Source of the DNA: Candidatus Pelagibacter sp. | GTDB taxonomy: Bacteria > Pseudomonadota > Alphaproteobacteria > Pelagibacterales > Pelagibacteraceae | Length of the DNA: 64,000 nt | Direction: 5' to 3' | NCBI RefSeq assembly: GCF_052049995.1 | Contig: NZ_JBNGYX010000001.1 | Span: 57,850 to 121,849 of the forward strand | Shown: positions 13,804 to 23,935 of the stretch, piece by piece | Layout of the letters: the number at the start of each line of letters is the position of its first letter | How positions within the stretch are numbered: the first letter of the stretch is position 1 | The notes under the pieces: model-generated | The model's database searches: none | The model's input: only the letters and a program-made list of their open reading frames with translations | What the model was told of the DNA's origin: nothing | Program-made: the position numbers and the translations under genes

Positions 13804-15718
13804 ATCTAATTCAGGAATAAGAAAAACAGATGTAATTAATAGAAGGATGTTCATAATTGGAGCAGCAAAAGTAGTAGTTTTTGTTGGTATCGTTGCTCGT
13901 TTATTTTCTCTTCAAATAAATGAAAATAAAAAATATTTAACACTTTCAGATAAAAATAGAATTAGAGAATGGAAACTCCCACCTACAAGGGGAAATATTG
14001 TTGATTATTTTGGAAATGTAATTGCAGGGAATTTAAAAGTTTATCAATTACATATAATTCCAGAGCAAGTTGAGAATTTTAATTATTTACTAGTTAGATT
14101 GAAAAATCTTTTAAATCTAAGTGACAAAAGAATTGCTAGAATAAATAAATTAAAAGCAGAGTTAAAACCGTGGGATAGTATTATTGTGTCCGAAAATTTA
14201 ACTTGGAGTCAATTTGTAAAAATTAATAATTATTTATACGATCTTGTTGGTGTTAAACCCGTAATGACAATCTCCAGAAACTATCCATTTAATGATGTAT
14301 ACACACATGTTCTTGGATATGTTAGTCAACCAAATGAACAAGAAATTTTAGAAAATAAAATTATCCAAGAAAGATTTGTACCGGGAATGAAAATTGGAAA
14401 ACTGGGTTTAGAGAAAAAACTTGAAAATCTTTTAATAGGGACAAATGCTATTCAAAGATATGAAGTAAATGCTTACGGTAAAAGAATTAATCAACTCGAG
14501 CATCAGAAAGGTGAGCAAGGATCAAAAATACGTCTTACTGTAGACACAGAAATACAAAAAGCTTGTGGGGAATTGTTAAATGAAAAAGCAGGATCTATTA
14601 GCGTAATGGATATCTATACCGGAGATATAATAGCAATGTATTCATCTCCATCTTATAATCCAAATTTATTTTTATTCGGAATTAGTCAAGATGAGTGGCA
14701 ATTAATTAGAAATAATCCATTAAAACCACTAATAAACAAAACACTTTCGGGTCTATACTCTCCAGGTTCAACAATAAAACCTATCGTCGCGCTTTCAGCT
14801 TTAGAAAATAAAGTAATAGATACAAAGTTTAAAGTTAAATGCACAGGAAAAATGGAGTTATATGGACAAACATTTCACTGTTGGAAGGAAAAGGGACATG
14901 GTTGGGTTAGTCTGAAAAATGCAATGAAACAATCTTGTGATACATATTTTTATGAGGTTGCTAGGTTATTAGGTGTTGATAGATTAAATATTACAGCTGA
15001 AAAGTTTGGATTAGGTAAAAAAGTTCTTGGCGATTATTTTGATAATGAAAAAAAAGGATTATTTCCGAATACAAAATGGAAAAAAAATAATCTAGGTAAA
15101 GGCTGGGTATTAGGCGAAACTTTAATCACAGGTATTGGACAAGGCTATATACAATCAACTCCTTTACAACTTTGCATGATGACTGCACAAATTGCAAATG
15201 GGGGCTTTGCTGTAAAACCAAAAATAATAGTGGATAGTAATCCGATTTCTTATGAAGATGCAAAACAATCAATGGAAAGTGGGTTATTGTTTGATAGCGA
15301 CTCTGAGGAATTGTTAGACAAAAAGTTATTTAAAAACCAAAAAAATATTAAAATTATTCAAGAAGCAATGTTTGCTTCAACCAATGAAAGATTTGGAACT
15401 TCTTATAAATCAAGAATTGATGATCCTAAATATCAATTTGCAGGAAAAACAGGAACAGCTCAGGTAAAAAGAATAAGCAAAAGAGAGAGGGAATTGGATT
15501 TAGAATTAGAGCAAATACCATACAAAGATAGAGATCATGCTTTGTATGTTGCTTATGGACCATATGTTAACCCACGATATGCGCTTAGTATAATTGTTGA
15601 GCATGGTGGTTCAGGAAGTAAGGCGGCAGCACCAATTGCAAAAAAATTATTTAAATTAATAATCGACAGACATGATTTAAGAAATAAACAATCAAATTTT
15701 GAGAGGATTACTGTTTAG
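13796..15718 (+). CDS. mrdA: Penicillin-binding protein 2
   Basis: TRGNIVD, SxxK (PGSTIKP), SCD, KTGTAQ. Confidence 0.96.
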   Translation: MIKSNSGIRKTDVINRRMFIIGAAKVVVFVGIVARLFSLQINENKKYLTLSDKNRIREWKLPPTRGNIVDYFGNVIAGNLKVYQLHIIPEQVENFNYLLVRLKNLLNLSDKRIARINKLKAELKPWDSIIVSENLTWSQFVKINNYLYDLVGVKPVMTISRNYPFNDVYTHVLGYVSQPNEQEILENKIIQERFVPGMKIGKLGLEKKLENLLIGTNAIQRYEVNAYGKRINQLEHQKGEQGSKIRLTVDTEIQKACGELLNEKAGSISVMDIYTGDIIAMYSSPSYNPNLFLFGISQDEWQLIRNNPLKPLINKTLSGLYSPGSTIKPIVALSALENKVIDTKFKVKCTGKMELYGQTFHCWKEKGHGWVSLKNAMKQSCDTYFYEVARLLGVDRLNITAEKFGLGKKVLGDYFDNEKKGLFPNTKWKKNNLGKGWVLGETLITGIGQGYIQSTPLQLCMMTAQIANGGFAVKPKIIVDSNPISYEDAKQSMESGLLFDSDSEELLDKKLFKNQKNIKIIQEAMFASTNERFGTSYKSRIDDPKYQFAGKTGTAQVKRISKRERELDLELEQIPYKDRDHALYVAYGPYVNPRYALSIIVEHGGSGSKAAAPIAKKLFKLIIDRHDLRNKQSNFERITV

Positions 15719-16843
15719 ATGTTTCAGCACGATAGATTGAATAATGAGATTACTTTATTTCAAAAAATAAAAAGCTTAGACTATATATTATTGATTTCTG
15801 TTATTCTTCTTTCTGTATTAAGTGTTTTTGTTATGTATTCTACAGATGGTGGTGAAATACTTTTTCATACAAAAAATCATTTTGTAAAACTTGCAGTTTT
15901 TTTCCCCTTAATGATTCTTGTTGCTTTCTTTAATATAAAATTTTGGCATAACTTTTCATATATAATCTATTTTATAGTAATACTTTTATTAATTTATGTT
16001 TCATTTTTTGGACTAAAGTCCTCTGGTTCTCAAAGATGGATGGATCTTTATTTATTTGTTCTGCAACCTTCAGAACTTATGAAAGTAGCAATTATAATGT
16101 GTCTTGCAAAATATTTTCATAGAATAAAAATAGAAAATGTTAATTCATTTACCAGCATAACTATTGTGTTATCGATTATAATAATTCCAATAATTTTTGT
16201 AATTTCTCAACCTGATCTTGGTACATCTATATTAATTGCTTTAAGCGGATTAATTATATTGTGGTTAGGAGGCATGAAAATTAAATATTTTATATACTCA
16301 TTTATTACTTTCTTAATTTCACTTCCATTTATAATCTCATTTCTTAAACCATATCAAAAACTAAGAATTTTAACTTTTTTAGATCCAGATAGAGACCCAT
16401 TGGGCGCTGGATACCAAATTATACAGTCAAAAATAGCTATTGGCTCAGGTGGCCTTAATGGAAAAGGTTTTTTAAAAGGAACTCAGAGCTACTTAGATTT
16501 TTTACCTGAAAAACATACAGATTTTATATTTACTTTATTTTCAGAAGAGTTTGGTTTTATAGGCTCAGTTGGTCTTTTGATATTATACTCAATAATAATT
16601 TTTAGAATTTTACGAATAGGATCTATTTCAAGAAGTAACTTTGCTAGACTTTTTTGTTTTGGTTATGCTTTTGCAATCTTTATTTATATTGTGGTAAACT
16701 TATCTATGGTTTTGGGTCTACTACCTATAGTTGGTTCTCCATTACCCATCATGTCGTATGGAGGTTCCTCAATGTTAGCCACTATGATTGGATTTGGTAT
16801 AGTATTGAGTGCAAAAATTAATCATAAACAAATGATTGCATAA
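15719..16843 (+). CDS. rodA: Peptidoglycan glycosyltransferase RodA
   Basis: SQRW, QPSELMK, QPDLGT, LPEKHTDFIF, SYGGSS. Confidence 0.96.
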   Translation: MFQHDRLNNEITLFQKIKSLDYILLISVILLSVLSVFVMYSTDGGEILFHTKNHFVKLAVFFPLMILVAFFNIKFWHNFSYIIYFIVILLLIYVSFFGLKSSGSQRWMDLYLFVLQPSELMKVAIIMCLAKYFHRIKIENVNSFTSITIVLSIIIIPIIFVISQPDLGTSILIALSGLIILWLGGMKIKYFIYSFITFLISLPFIISFLKPYQKLRILTFLDPDRDPLGAGYQIIQSKIAIGSGGLNGKGFLKGTQSYLDFLPEKHTDFIFTLFSEEFGFIGSVGLLILYSIIIFRILRIGSISRSNFARLFCFGYAFAIFIYIVVNLSMVLGLLPIVGSPLPIMSYGGSSMLATMIGFGIVLSAKINHKQMIA

Positions 16844-16886
16844 TTTGTCACTCTTATAATTTAATATTTACTTGTATAACAAATTT

Positions 16887-18128
16887 ATGAATAAAAATCT
16901 TAATGTAGGAATAGTTGGAGCAGGAATTCAAGGTGTATCTAATGCTTTATTTCTTCAAAAAAAAGGTTTCAATGTAACTATTTTTGATAGAGACAATCCA
17001 GGTAGCCAAGCCGCCTCTTATGGTAATGCAGGTCACTTTTCACCTTATGCATCTCTTTCTTTAAACAGAACTGACGTACTAGCAGATGTGCCTGCAATGT
17101 TGCTTAGTTCTTCAGGTCCACTTGCTTTAAAATGGAACTATGTTCCTAAAATGATTCCATGGTTTATAAAATTTATAATGAATACCACTAAAACTAAGAT
17201 GATGCACACTGCTAAAAATATGCACCAAATTTTAGATCTAGCCTTACCGGCATATGATGAATTATTTGAAGAAATTGACTTAGATGGCTTAGTTGAAAAC
17301 AAAGGTATTCTTTATATATGGAATGATAAAGATTTAAAAAGTAGAGAATTAGAAATAAAAGTAAGAGAAGAATTAGGTGTTGAACAACAATTAGTTTCCA
17401 AAGCTGAAATACACGATCTTGAACCAAATATTAAACCATTTTACCATGCTGGCGTATATTATCCTTATGCAAGACACGCAAGAAATCCTAAAAGAATTCT
17501 TTTAAAATTATTTGATTTATTTTTACAAAAGGGAGGAAAATTTAACAAAGTAAATATTAATGAAATTAATTTTGATGAAGAAAAACCAGTTTTTAAAACT
17601 GAAACTCAAAGTTACGTTTTTGATAAAGCAGTTATAGCTTGTGGAGCTTTTTCAAAAAAATTAACAGATAATCTTGGCGAAAAAATACCCCTAGATACAG
17701 AGCGTGGATATCATGTTCATTTCAAAAATTGTGATCATTTATTGAGTAGACCTGTGATATTTTCTAACCGTGGATTTGGAATTACACCGATGGAACAAGG
17801 TTTAAGAGTTGTTGGAACTGTAGAATTTGGCGGATTAGATAATCCATTATCCAAATCAAGAGTTAAAAATTTGATAAATAATGCAAAATATATGCTTGGT
17901 GATTTACCCGAACATGAGGATGAGTGGCTAGGATTTAGACCAACTTTACCAGATTTTTTACCTGTTATGGGGCCATCAAAAAATTACAAAAATATTTATT
18001 ATTGTTTTGGGCATCATCATTTAGGATGGACTTTAGGTCCAATTTCTGGAAAGATTGTTTCAGGGATGATAGCGAACGAAAATACAAATTTAGATTTAAA
18101 ACCTTATAGCTCGCTTAGATTTAGTTAA
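16887..18128 (+). CDS. FAD-dependent D-amino acid dehydrogenase family oxidoreductase (DadA-like)
   Basis: GAGIQG FAD motif, ASYGNAG, ERGYH, WLGFRPTLPD, GHHHLGWTLG; ATG at 16887 preferred to TTG 16872. Confidence 0.85.
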   Translation: MNKNLNVGIVGAGIQGVSNALFLQKKGFNVTIFDRDNPGSQAASYGNAGHFSPYASLSLNRTDVLADVPAMLLSSSGPLALKWNYVPKMIPWFIKFIMNTTKTKMMHTAKNMHQILDLALPAYDELFEEIDLDGLVENKGILYIWNDKDLKSRELEIKVREELGVEQQLVSKAEIHDLEPNIKPFYHAGVYYPYARHARNPKRILLKLFDLFLQKGGKFNKVNINEINFDEEKPVFKTETQSYVFDKAVIACGAFSKKLTDNLGEKIPLDTERGYHVHFKNCDHLLSRPVIFSNRGFGITPMEQGLRVVGTVEFGGLDNPLSKSRVKNLINNAKYMLGDLPEHEDEWLGFRPTLPDFLPVMGPSKNYKNIYYCFGHHHLGWTLGPISGKIVSGMIANENTNLDLKPYSSLRFS

Positions 18129-19031
18129 GTGACTAAAGATAATAATTTTTTAGCTTATTTATATCTATTTTTAACAGTAACTTTTTGGGCAGGAAATTTT
18201 GTAGTAGGTAAACTTGCAAGTTTTTATCAAGTTCCTCCTTTTTCATTAAATTTTTATCGATGGCTTTTTGCTTGGTTAATTTTAGCACCTTTTACAATTC
18301 CTGAAATATTAGAGAAAAGAAACTATATAATTAAAAACTATAAACTTTTTATTGTTTTGGGAGTTACTAGTATAACGGTATTTAATTCTATTGTTTATTA
18401 TTCATTAAATTTTACTCAGGTGATTAGCGGAGTTTTAATGATTTCAACTATACCTGTGATGATCATGTTGTTTTCTTCAATTTTAAAAATTGAAAAGACA
18501 AATATTTTTCAAATTATAGGGGTAGTATTTTCTTTTGCAGGTGTAATTATGATTATAACAAAAGCAAATATAGAGATATTAAAAAATTTAGATTTTAATA
18601 AAGGGGACATAACCATGGTTATAGCAATGTTCTCATGGGCTTTATATTCTACATTGTTAAAAGGAAAAAAATATGAATTAACCCAAATATCATTACTTCA
18701 AGTAGTAATTACTTTTGGTTTAGTATTTTTAATACCAGTTTATTTTATTGAATATCAAATTGGCTTTAGAATTAATTTAGAATTACCTTTTATTTTAATT
18801 TTATCCTATGTAGTTTTGTTTCCAGGTTTGGCATCTTTTCTTTTATGGATAAAAGGAATATCTATGATTGGTGCTAATCGTTCTGGTGTTTTTTTACACC
18901 TAATGCCAATTTTGAGCGCAATAATGGCGATGATTTTTTTTAGTGAAAAATTTATGTTTTATCATATTTTAGGCGCTTGTTTTATTATTACAGGAATATT
19001 GTTATCAAATAGGAAAGTTAAAAATGCTTAA
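18129..19031 (+). CDS. EamA/DMT family transporter
   Basis: About 10 TM segments, WAGNFVVGK, two EamA repeats; GTG start. Confidence 0.88.
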   Translation: MTKDNNFLAYLYLFLTVTFWAGNFVVGKLASFYQVPPFSLNFYRWLFAWLILAPFTIPEILEKRNYIIKNYKLFIVLGVTSITVFNSIVYYSLNFTQVISGVLMISTIPVMIMLFSSILKIEKTNIFQIIGVVFSFAGVIMIITKANIEILKNLDFNKGDITMVIAMFSWALYSTLLKGKKYELTQISLLQVVITFGLVFLIPVYFIEYQIGFRINLELPFILILSYVVLFPGLASFLLWIKGISMIGANRSGVFLHLMPILSAIMAMIFFSEKFMFYHILGACFIITGILLSNRKVKNA

Positions 19032-19974
19032 GGTTGCTATATTAGATGATTATCAAAATGTTGCCCAACAGTTTGTAGATTTAGAAAAACTATCTGGGAA
19101 ATATGAGTTTAAGATTTTTAGCGAACCTTTTTTAGATGAAGCAGATGCAATTGATCAGTTAGCTGATTTTGAAGCTTTATTAATAATGAGAGAAAGAACT
19201 CCAATTACAAAAAATTTAATTAATAATTTAAATGAATTAAAATTTGTTATCACAAGTGGATTACGAAACAAATCTATTGATTTAGAGGCTGCAAAGAAAA
19301 GAAAAATTATTGTTTGTGGTACAGATATAAATTTAAACCCAACACCTGAATTAACATGGGCACTAATTCTTGGTTTAGCAAGAAATTTTAAAGAAGAGTT
19401 TGACAATATGTATCAAGGGTATTGGCAAACTACAATTGGAGTAGAATTGAAAGGAAAAATCTTAGGTTTAATTGGTCTAGGTAGAGTAGGCACAGAAGTT
19501 GCAAAAATCGGAAAAGCATTTGGAATGCAAGTAATGGCCTGGAGTGAAAACTTAAGCCTAGATAAGTGCAAAGAATTAGATGTGCTCCCTTGTAGTAAAG
19601 ATGACTTAATTACAAATTCAGATGTGCTTTCAATTCATGTTCAAGGAGGTGAAAGATACAAAGACTGTATTACCATAAAAGAATTTGATAAAATGAAAAA
19701 AACAGCATTTTTGATAAACACATCTCGTGGACCTATTGTAAATGAGGATGATTTAATTATTGCATTGTCAACAAATGTAATTGCAGGAGCTGGGATTGAT
19801 GTCTATGATAAAGAACCTTTACCTGAAAATAATAAACTAAGATTTTTACCAAATGCACTTCTTACACCACACATCGGTTATGTGACAGCAGAAAATTATA
19901 GTATTTTTTATAATCAAATGATTGAAGGGTTAGAGGCTTGTGTTGATGGAAAGCCAGTACGTGTTCTAGAGTAA
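19024..19974 (+). CDS. D-2-hydroxyacid dehydrogenase family protein
   Basis: ILDDYQ, MRERTP, GLGRVG, INTSRGPIV, DVYDKEP, TPHIGY. Confidence 0.9.
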   Translation: MLKVAILDDYQNVAQQFVDLEKLSGKYEFKIFSEPFLDEADAIDQLADFEALLIMRERTPITKNLINNLNELKFVITSGLRNKSIDLEAAKKRKIIVCGTDINLNPTPELTWALILGLARNFKEEFDNMYQGYWQTTIGVELKGKILGLIGLGRVGTEVAKIGKAFGMQVMAWSENLSLDKCKELDVLPCSKDDLITNSDVLSIHVQGGERYKDCITIKEFDKMKKTAFLINTSRGPIVNEDDLIIALSTNVIAGAGIDVYDKEPLPENNKLRFLPNALLTPHIGYVTAENYSIFYNQMIEGLEACVDGKPVRVLE

Positions 19975-19976
19975 CG

Positions 19977-20876
19977 ATGGATTTACCAGTGGTTAACCAT
20001 GAGGATTATTTTGCCAAAATTGGAGATGATCATAAATTTCCTATAAATAAGTTTGGAGAATTGGCAAATTATTTGATCCAAAATAAAATCATTAAAAAGT
20101 TTCATAAACCATATGCTTGTTCGCTTGAAACATTGAGTTATGCACATTCAAAAGATTATATCTCTAAGATCAAAAATAAAAATTTAAGTAAAGAGGAAGT
20201 AAAAAAAATTGGATTTCCACTTGTTGATAGTGTTGTACAGAGATCATTAGTAGCTACTGGTGGTACTGTTTTAGCTTCTAAACTTGCAATTAATTACGGA
20301 ATATCATGTAATACTGCTGGAGGTAGTCATCACGCAAACTACGATGGCGGAGCTGGATACTGCGTTTTTAATGATGTAGCTGTTGCTGCTCATTATTTAT
20401 TAAATCGAGGTTTGGCTAACAAAATATTAATTGTTGATTTAGATGTTCATCAAGGAAATGGAAATTCAGAAATTTTTAAACAAAATAGAAGTGTTTTCAC
20501 GTTCAGTATGCACTCTAAAACTAACTATCCAGCCAAAAAATCTAATAGTGATTTAGATGTGGAGCTTGAAGATAATTTAGAGGATGATGCCTACATTAAG
20601 ACACTTAAACATTATTTAAATGAGTTAAATCAAGAAAATTTTGATTTTGTTTTCTATATAGCTGGAGTAGATATTCATTTCAACGATAGATTAGGTAAAC
20701 TAAAAATATCTGATGAAGGGATTAAATCTAGAGACGAGCTTGTTATTGAAAACTTTTTTTCTAAAAAAATACCCTTTTGTGGTGTTTTAGGTGGCGGTTA
20801 TAATAAAGATTTTAAAAAATTAGTTGAATTACATTCAATCTTACATAAATCCTGTGCTAAATATATAGGATCATGA
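19977..20876 (+). CDS. Histone deacetylase family (Zn-dependent) amidohydrolase
   Basis: GGSHHA, GYCVFNDVA, DLDVHQGNG, GGGY. Confidence 0.92.
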   Translation: MDLPVVNHEDYFAKIGDDHKFPINKFGELANYLIQNKIIKKFHKPYACSLETLSYAHSKDYISKIKNKNLSKEEVKKIGFPLVDSVVQRSLVATGGTVLASKLAINYGISCNTAGGSHHANYDGGAGYCVFNDVAVAAHYLLNRGLANKILIVDLDVHQGNGNSEIFKQNRSVFTFSMHSKTNYPAKKSNSDLDVELEDNLEDDAYIKTLKHYLNELNQENFDFVFYIAGVDIHFNDRLGKLKISDEGIKSRDELVIENFFSKKIPFCGVLGGGYNKDFKKLVELHSILHKSCAKYIGS

Positions 20877-21247
20877 CAAAAAAAATAAATCCAAATTTAA
20901 CTGCAGAGCAAAAATTAATCTTGTTCGAAGAAGGAACTGAGCGCGCAGGTTCAAGCGAACTTAATAATGAAAAGAGAGAAGGAAGTTTTCATTGTGCAAA
21001 TTGTGGAGAAACATTATTTGACTCAAAAACAAAATATGAGAGTGGATCAGGCTGGCCTTCATTTTATGATTCTTTACCAGATGTATTTGAAACCAAAACT
21101 GATCATCACATAGGTTACGCAAGAACTGAGTATCATTGTAAAAAATGTGGAGGGCATCATGGTCATATATTTGATGATGGACCTGAACCTACGGGAAAAA
21201 GATTTTGTAATAACGGCGTTTGTTTAATTTTTAAACCAAAAGAGTAA
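20873..21247 (+). CDS. msrB: Peptide methionine-R-sulfoxide reductase
   Basis: CANC, KYESGSGWPSF, RTEYHCKKCGGHHGHIFDDGP, RFCNNG. Confidence 0.96.
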   Translation: MTKKINPNLTAEQKLILFEEGTERAGSSELNNEKREGSFHCANCGETLFDSKTKYESGSGWPSFYDSLPDVFETKTDHHIGYARTEYHCKKCGGHHGHIFDDGPEPTGKRFCNNGVCLIFKPKE

Positions 21248-21257
21248 ATTATTAAAA

Positions 21258-21515
21258 TTAATTTTTTAAAAGATCTTGAAGTTTATTTTCTTTTTCTAGT
21301 GCTCTAACTTCATCGTAACCACCAATATGCTGATCATCAAAAAAGATCTGTGGGATTGTTCTTTTGCCATTTGCTTTTTTAATCATCTCATCAGCAGCAC
21401 CTGCAACTTTTGAAATATCAATTTCATTATAAGGAGCGTTATTTCTAGCTAATAATCTTTTTGCAGCTTCACAATAGTTGCATAGTGGACCTGTATACAT
21501 AGTAATCTTTTTCAT
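21258..21515 (-). CDS. grxC: Glutaredoxin 3
   Basis: CNYC active site, RTIPQIF, IGGYDE. Confidence 0.93.
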   Translation of the reverse strand: MKKITMYTGPLCNYCEAAKRLLARNNAPYNEIDISKVAGAADEMIKKANGKRTIPQIFFDDQHIGGYDEVRALEKENKLQDLLKN

Positions 21516-21518
21516 GGA

Positions 21519-21815
21519 TTATAGGTAGTCACCTTTTTTAATTTTACTAGTTATTTCTTTTCTAGAATATTCGAACTTTTTTCGATGTTTAATACTTTTT
21601 TGATTTACTCTTTTTCTCCACAATCTGAAAGAAGATGGTTTAAGTGATCTTCGCATAATTTTAATTACATCAGATTCTTTCTTCCCTGTTTTTTTTTCAA
21701 TTTCCTCAAAAGTTATCCGATCTGCCCAAGCCGCCCAAATGATCCAATCCGGATCGTCCATTTTGGGCTCTGGATTTTTGACTTTGGTAATTGGCCTGTG
21801 ACCTTTTTTTTTCAT
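21519..21815 (-). CDS. TIGR03643-like conserved hypothetical protein
   Basis: IIWAAWADRITFEEI...MRRSLKPSSFRLWRKRV pattern. Confidence 0.75.
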   Translation of the reverse strand: MKKKGHRPITKVKNPEPKMDDPDWIIWAAWADRITFEEIEKKTGKKESDVIKIMRRSLKPSSFRLWRKRVNQKSIKHRKKFEYSRKEITSKIKKGDYL

Positions 21816-21877
21816 AAATCCTTTATATTTGAAAAAAAAATTTAATGCATTTTTTTTAGCCTCTGATATTGTTTATT

Positions 21878-21926
21878 AGATAGTCCTTCTTAGCCATCTT
21901 TAGCTCCCGGTTTTTAAGGACTATCT
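21878..21926 (+). promoter_or_regulatory. Candidate cis-regulatory RNA hairpin covering the RBS of the LysE/RhtB gene
   Basis: AGATAGTCCTT (21878-21888) pairs perfectly with AAGGACTATCT (21916-21926); 27-nt loop; the 3' arm holds the only SD-like AAGGA. Confidence 0.6.
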
Positions 21927-21931
21927 TTTTT

Positions 21932-22546
21932 ATGCTCCCCCTAGATTTTATACTCTATCTACAGATTATTATTTTTTTATTTATTACTCCTGGAACTCCA
22001 AGGATTGTAATTATCTCTTATTCAATGAATTACGGTGTTGGAAAATGCGTATGGTCTGCTTTAGGTGATATAACTGCAAATTTTATTCAGGCAACTTTAG
22101 TTATTTTTGTGATTGGATCTTTTTTTTCAAAAAACTCAATGATACTTAATGCATTTAAATGGATCGGAATAGTTTATTTATTATATTTAGCTTACGATAT
22201 TTATAAATCTCGGCCAAAAAGCATTTCAAATGAAGGAGAAATAGAAAAAAGTAATTTATCTTTTTTTAGAGATGGTTTTTTTGTTGCTGGTACAAGTCCT
22301 AAGGCTTGGATGTTTTTTCCTTTTATATTTCCTCAATTTATTGATTTTAATTCAAATTTATTGGCACAATTTTTTATATTAATTACGACTTACATCGTTT
22401 TAGATTTTTTATCTTTGATAGGTTACGCAATGCTAGCACAGAAATTAATTAAGTGGATAACTGCAAATCCAAAAACAATAAATACAATTTCTGCGAGTGT
22501 TTTAGTAATAATTGCAGTAATAATCTTGATAACACAACAATATTAA
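21932..22546 (+). CDS. LysE/RhtB family amino-acid exporter
   Basis: FITPGTP, FKWIGIVYLLYLA, FFRDGFFVAGTSPKA, FPQFI. Confidence 0.9.
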   Translation: MLPLDFILYLQIIIFLFITPGTPRIVIISYSMNYGVGKCVWSALGDITANFIQATLVIFVIGSFFSKNSMILNAFKWIGIVYLLYLAYDIYKSRPKSISNEGEIEKSNLSFFRDGFFVAGTSPKAWMFFPFIFPQFIDFNSNLLAQFFILITTYIVLDFLSLIGYAMLAQKLIKWITANPKTINTISASVLVIIAVIILITQQY

Positions 22547-22632
22547 TTAATTTTGGCTCTTATTGCCACTTGCATAAAATAAAAATTCTTTATTAAATCA
22601 ACTAATAATTAATTAATTAAAGAGGAAATAAA

Positions 22633-23871
22633 ATGCAATTAAATAAGATAATTTTAAGTTTTGTTTCTGCATTAGTAATTTTATTTTCAACTTCTGTTGC
22701 ATCATTTGCAAAAGTTGTTGGTGACAAAATTATTTTAGGTGCTGCTATTTCCCTAACTGGTAAATACTCATCGAATGGTGTTCATACTCAAAATGGTTAT
22801 AACATGGCCGTTGACAGAATTAACAGCATGGGTGGTGTTAAAGTTGGTGGTAAAACTTATAAGTTTGACATTATTTATTATGATGATGAATCAAACCCGA
22901 AGAGAGCTGCACAGCTTGCAGAAAGATTAATTTCACAAGATGGTGTTGAGTTTATGCTTGGCCCTTACAGTTCTGGTCTAACGAAAGCAATTGCACCAGT
23001 TACTGAAAAATATGGTGTTCCAATGGTTGAAGCAAATGGTGCATCTAGATCTTTGTTTACAAAAGGTTACAAATATCTATTTGCTGTATTAGCTCCAGCT
23101 AACTTGTATCTTGATGTTGCTATCGACTTAGCAGTTGAAAAGAATAATGGAAAACCAGTGACAGTAGCAATGGCATTTGAACAAGATGCATTCTCACAGG
23201 ACGTTAGATTGGGAGTTTTAGATGCAATTAAAAGAACTGGCTCAAAAAAAGTAATTGATGATAAATTACCAAAAGAGTTAAATGATATGGCTGCAACATT
23301 AGTTAAAGTTAAACAAATGAAGCCAGATGTTCTTGTTGTATCAGGTCATACAAAAGGTGCTCTTACTGCAATTAGACAAATCGCTGAAATGAAGGTAGAT
23401 GTTCCAATGTTAGCTATGACTCACTGTGATGCTGCTAAGCTATCTAAACAGCATGGTAAAAACTCACAGTACGCATTATGCGCTTCTCAATGGCACAAAA
23501 CATTAACGTATAAAGATAATTTCTTTAAAGATGGAATGACTTATGCGGCTGACTTTGAGAAAGAGTTTGGATATGATCCACCTTATCAATCTGCAGAATC
23601 TTCTGCTGCATTGTTAGTATTTAAAGATGCTTTTGAGAGAGCAAATTCGTTTGATCAAAAGAAAGTAAGAGATGCTCTTGCAGCTACTAACATGCAAACA
23701 TTCTATGGAAATATTAAATTTGCACCTGGTGGTCAAAATGTTGACAAACCTATGGTACTTTTCCAAGTAATGTGTGATGACTCAGGAAAATGTGAGAACA
23801 AAGTTGTTGCGCCAACTAAATGGGCATCAGCTAAGTTAATACATCCTGTTCCTAAGTGGTCAGAAAGATAA
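22633..23871 (+). CDS. Liv-type ABC substrate-binding protein (possibly dicarboxylate-binding)
   Basis: Signal peptide, SLTGKYS, YYDDESNP, LGPYSSGLT; SD GAGGA. Confidence 0.9.
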   Translation: MQLNKIILSFVSALVILFSTSVASFAKVVGDKIILGAAISLTGKYSSNGVHTQNGYNMAVDRINSMGGVKVGGKTYKFDIIYYDDESNPKRAAQLAERLISQDGVEFMLGPYSSGLTKAIAPVTEKYGVPMVEANGASRSLFTKGYKYLFAVLAPANLYLDVAIDLAVEKNNGKPVTVAMAFEQDAFSQDVRLGVLDAIKRTGSKKVIDDKLPKELNDMAATLVKVKQMKPDVLVVSGHTKGALTAIRQIAEMKVDVPMLAMTHCDAAKLSKQHGKNSQYALCASQWHKTLTYKDNFFKDGMTYAADFEKEFGYDPPYQSAESSAALLVFKDAFERANSFDQKKVRDALAATNMQTFYGNIKFAPGGQNVDKPMVLFQVMCDDSGKCENKVVAPTKWASAKLIHPVPKWSER

Positions 23872-23884
23872 AATAAAAAATATT

Positions 23885-23915
23885 AAAGCCCCCTAGTATT
23901 AGGGGGCTTTTTTTT
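23885..23915 (+). terminator. Intrinsic terminator-like hairpin after the SBP gene
   Basis: AAAGCCCCCTA-gtat-TAGGGGGCTTT followed by further Ts. Confidence 0.85.
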
Positions 23916-23935
23916 ATATAACCCAAATACTTTTT

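Noticed and set aside
16887-18128. FAD oxidoreductase as the missing LhgO partner of CsiD
   Set aside because: Motifs (ASYGNAG, WLGFRPTLPD, GHHHLGWT) are DadA-type; the LhgO HNSGVIHAG motif is absent
21845-21859. Tiny upstream ORF MHFF* before the lysE hairpin as a leader peptide
   Set aside because: Four codons, no SD, no residue relevant to LysE/RhtB substrates; expected by chance
22600-22622. AATT tandem run before the SBP RBS, and other short A/T palindromes and homopolymers
   Set aside because: Low-complexity sequence expected at this AT content
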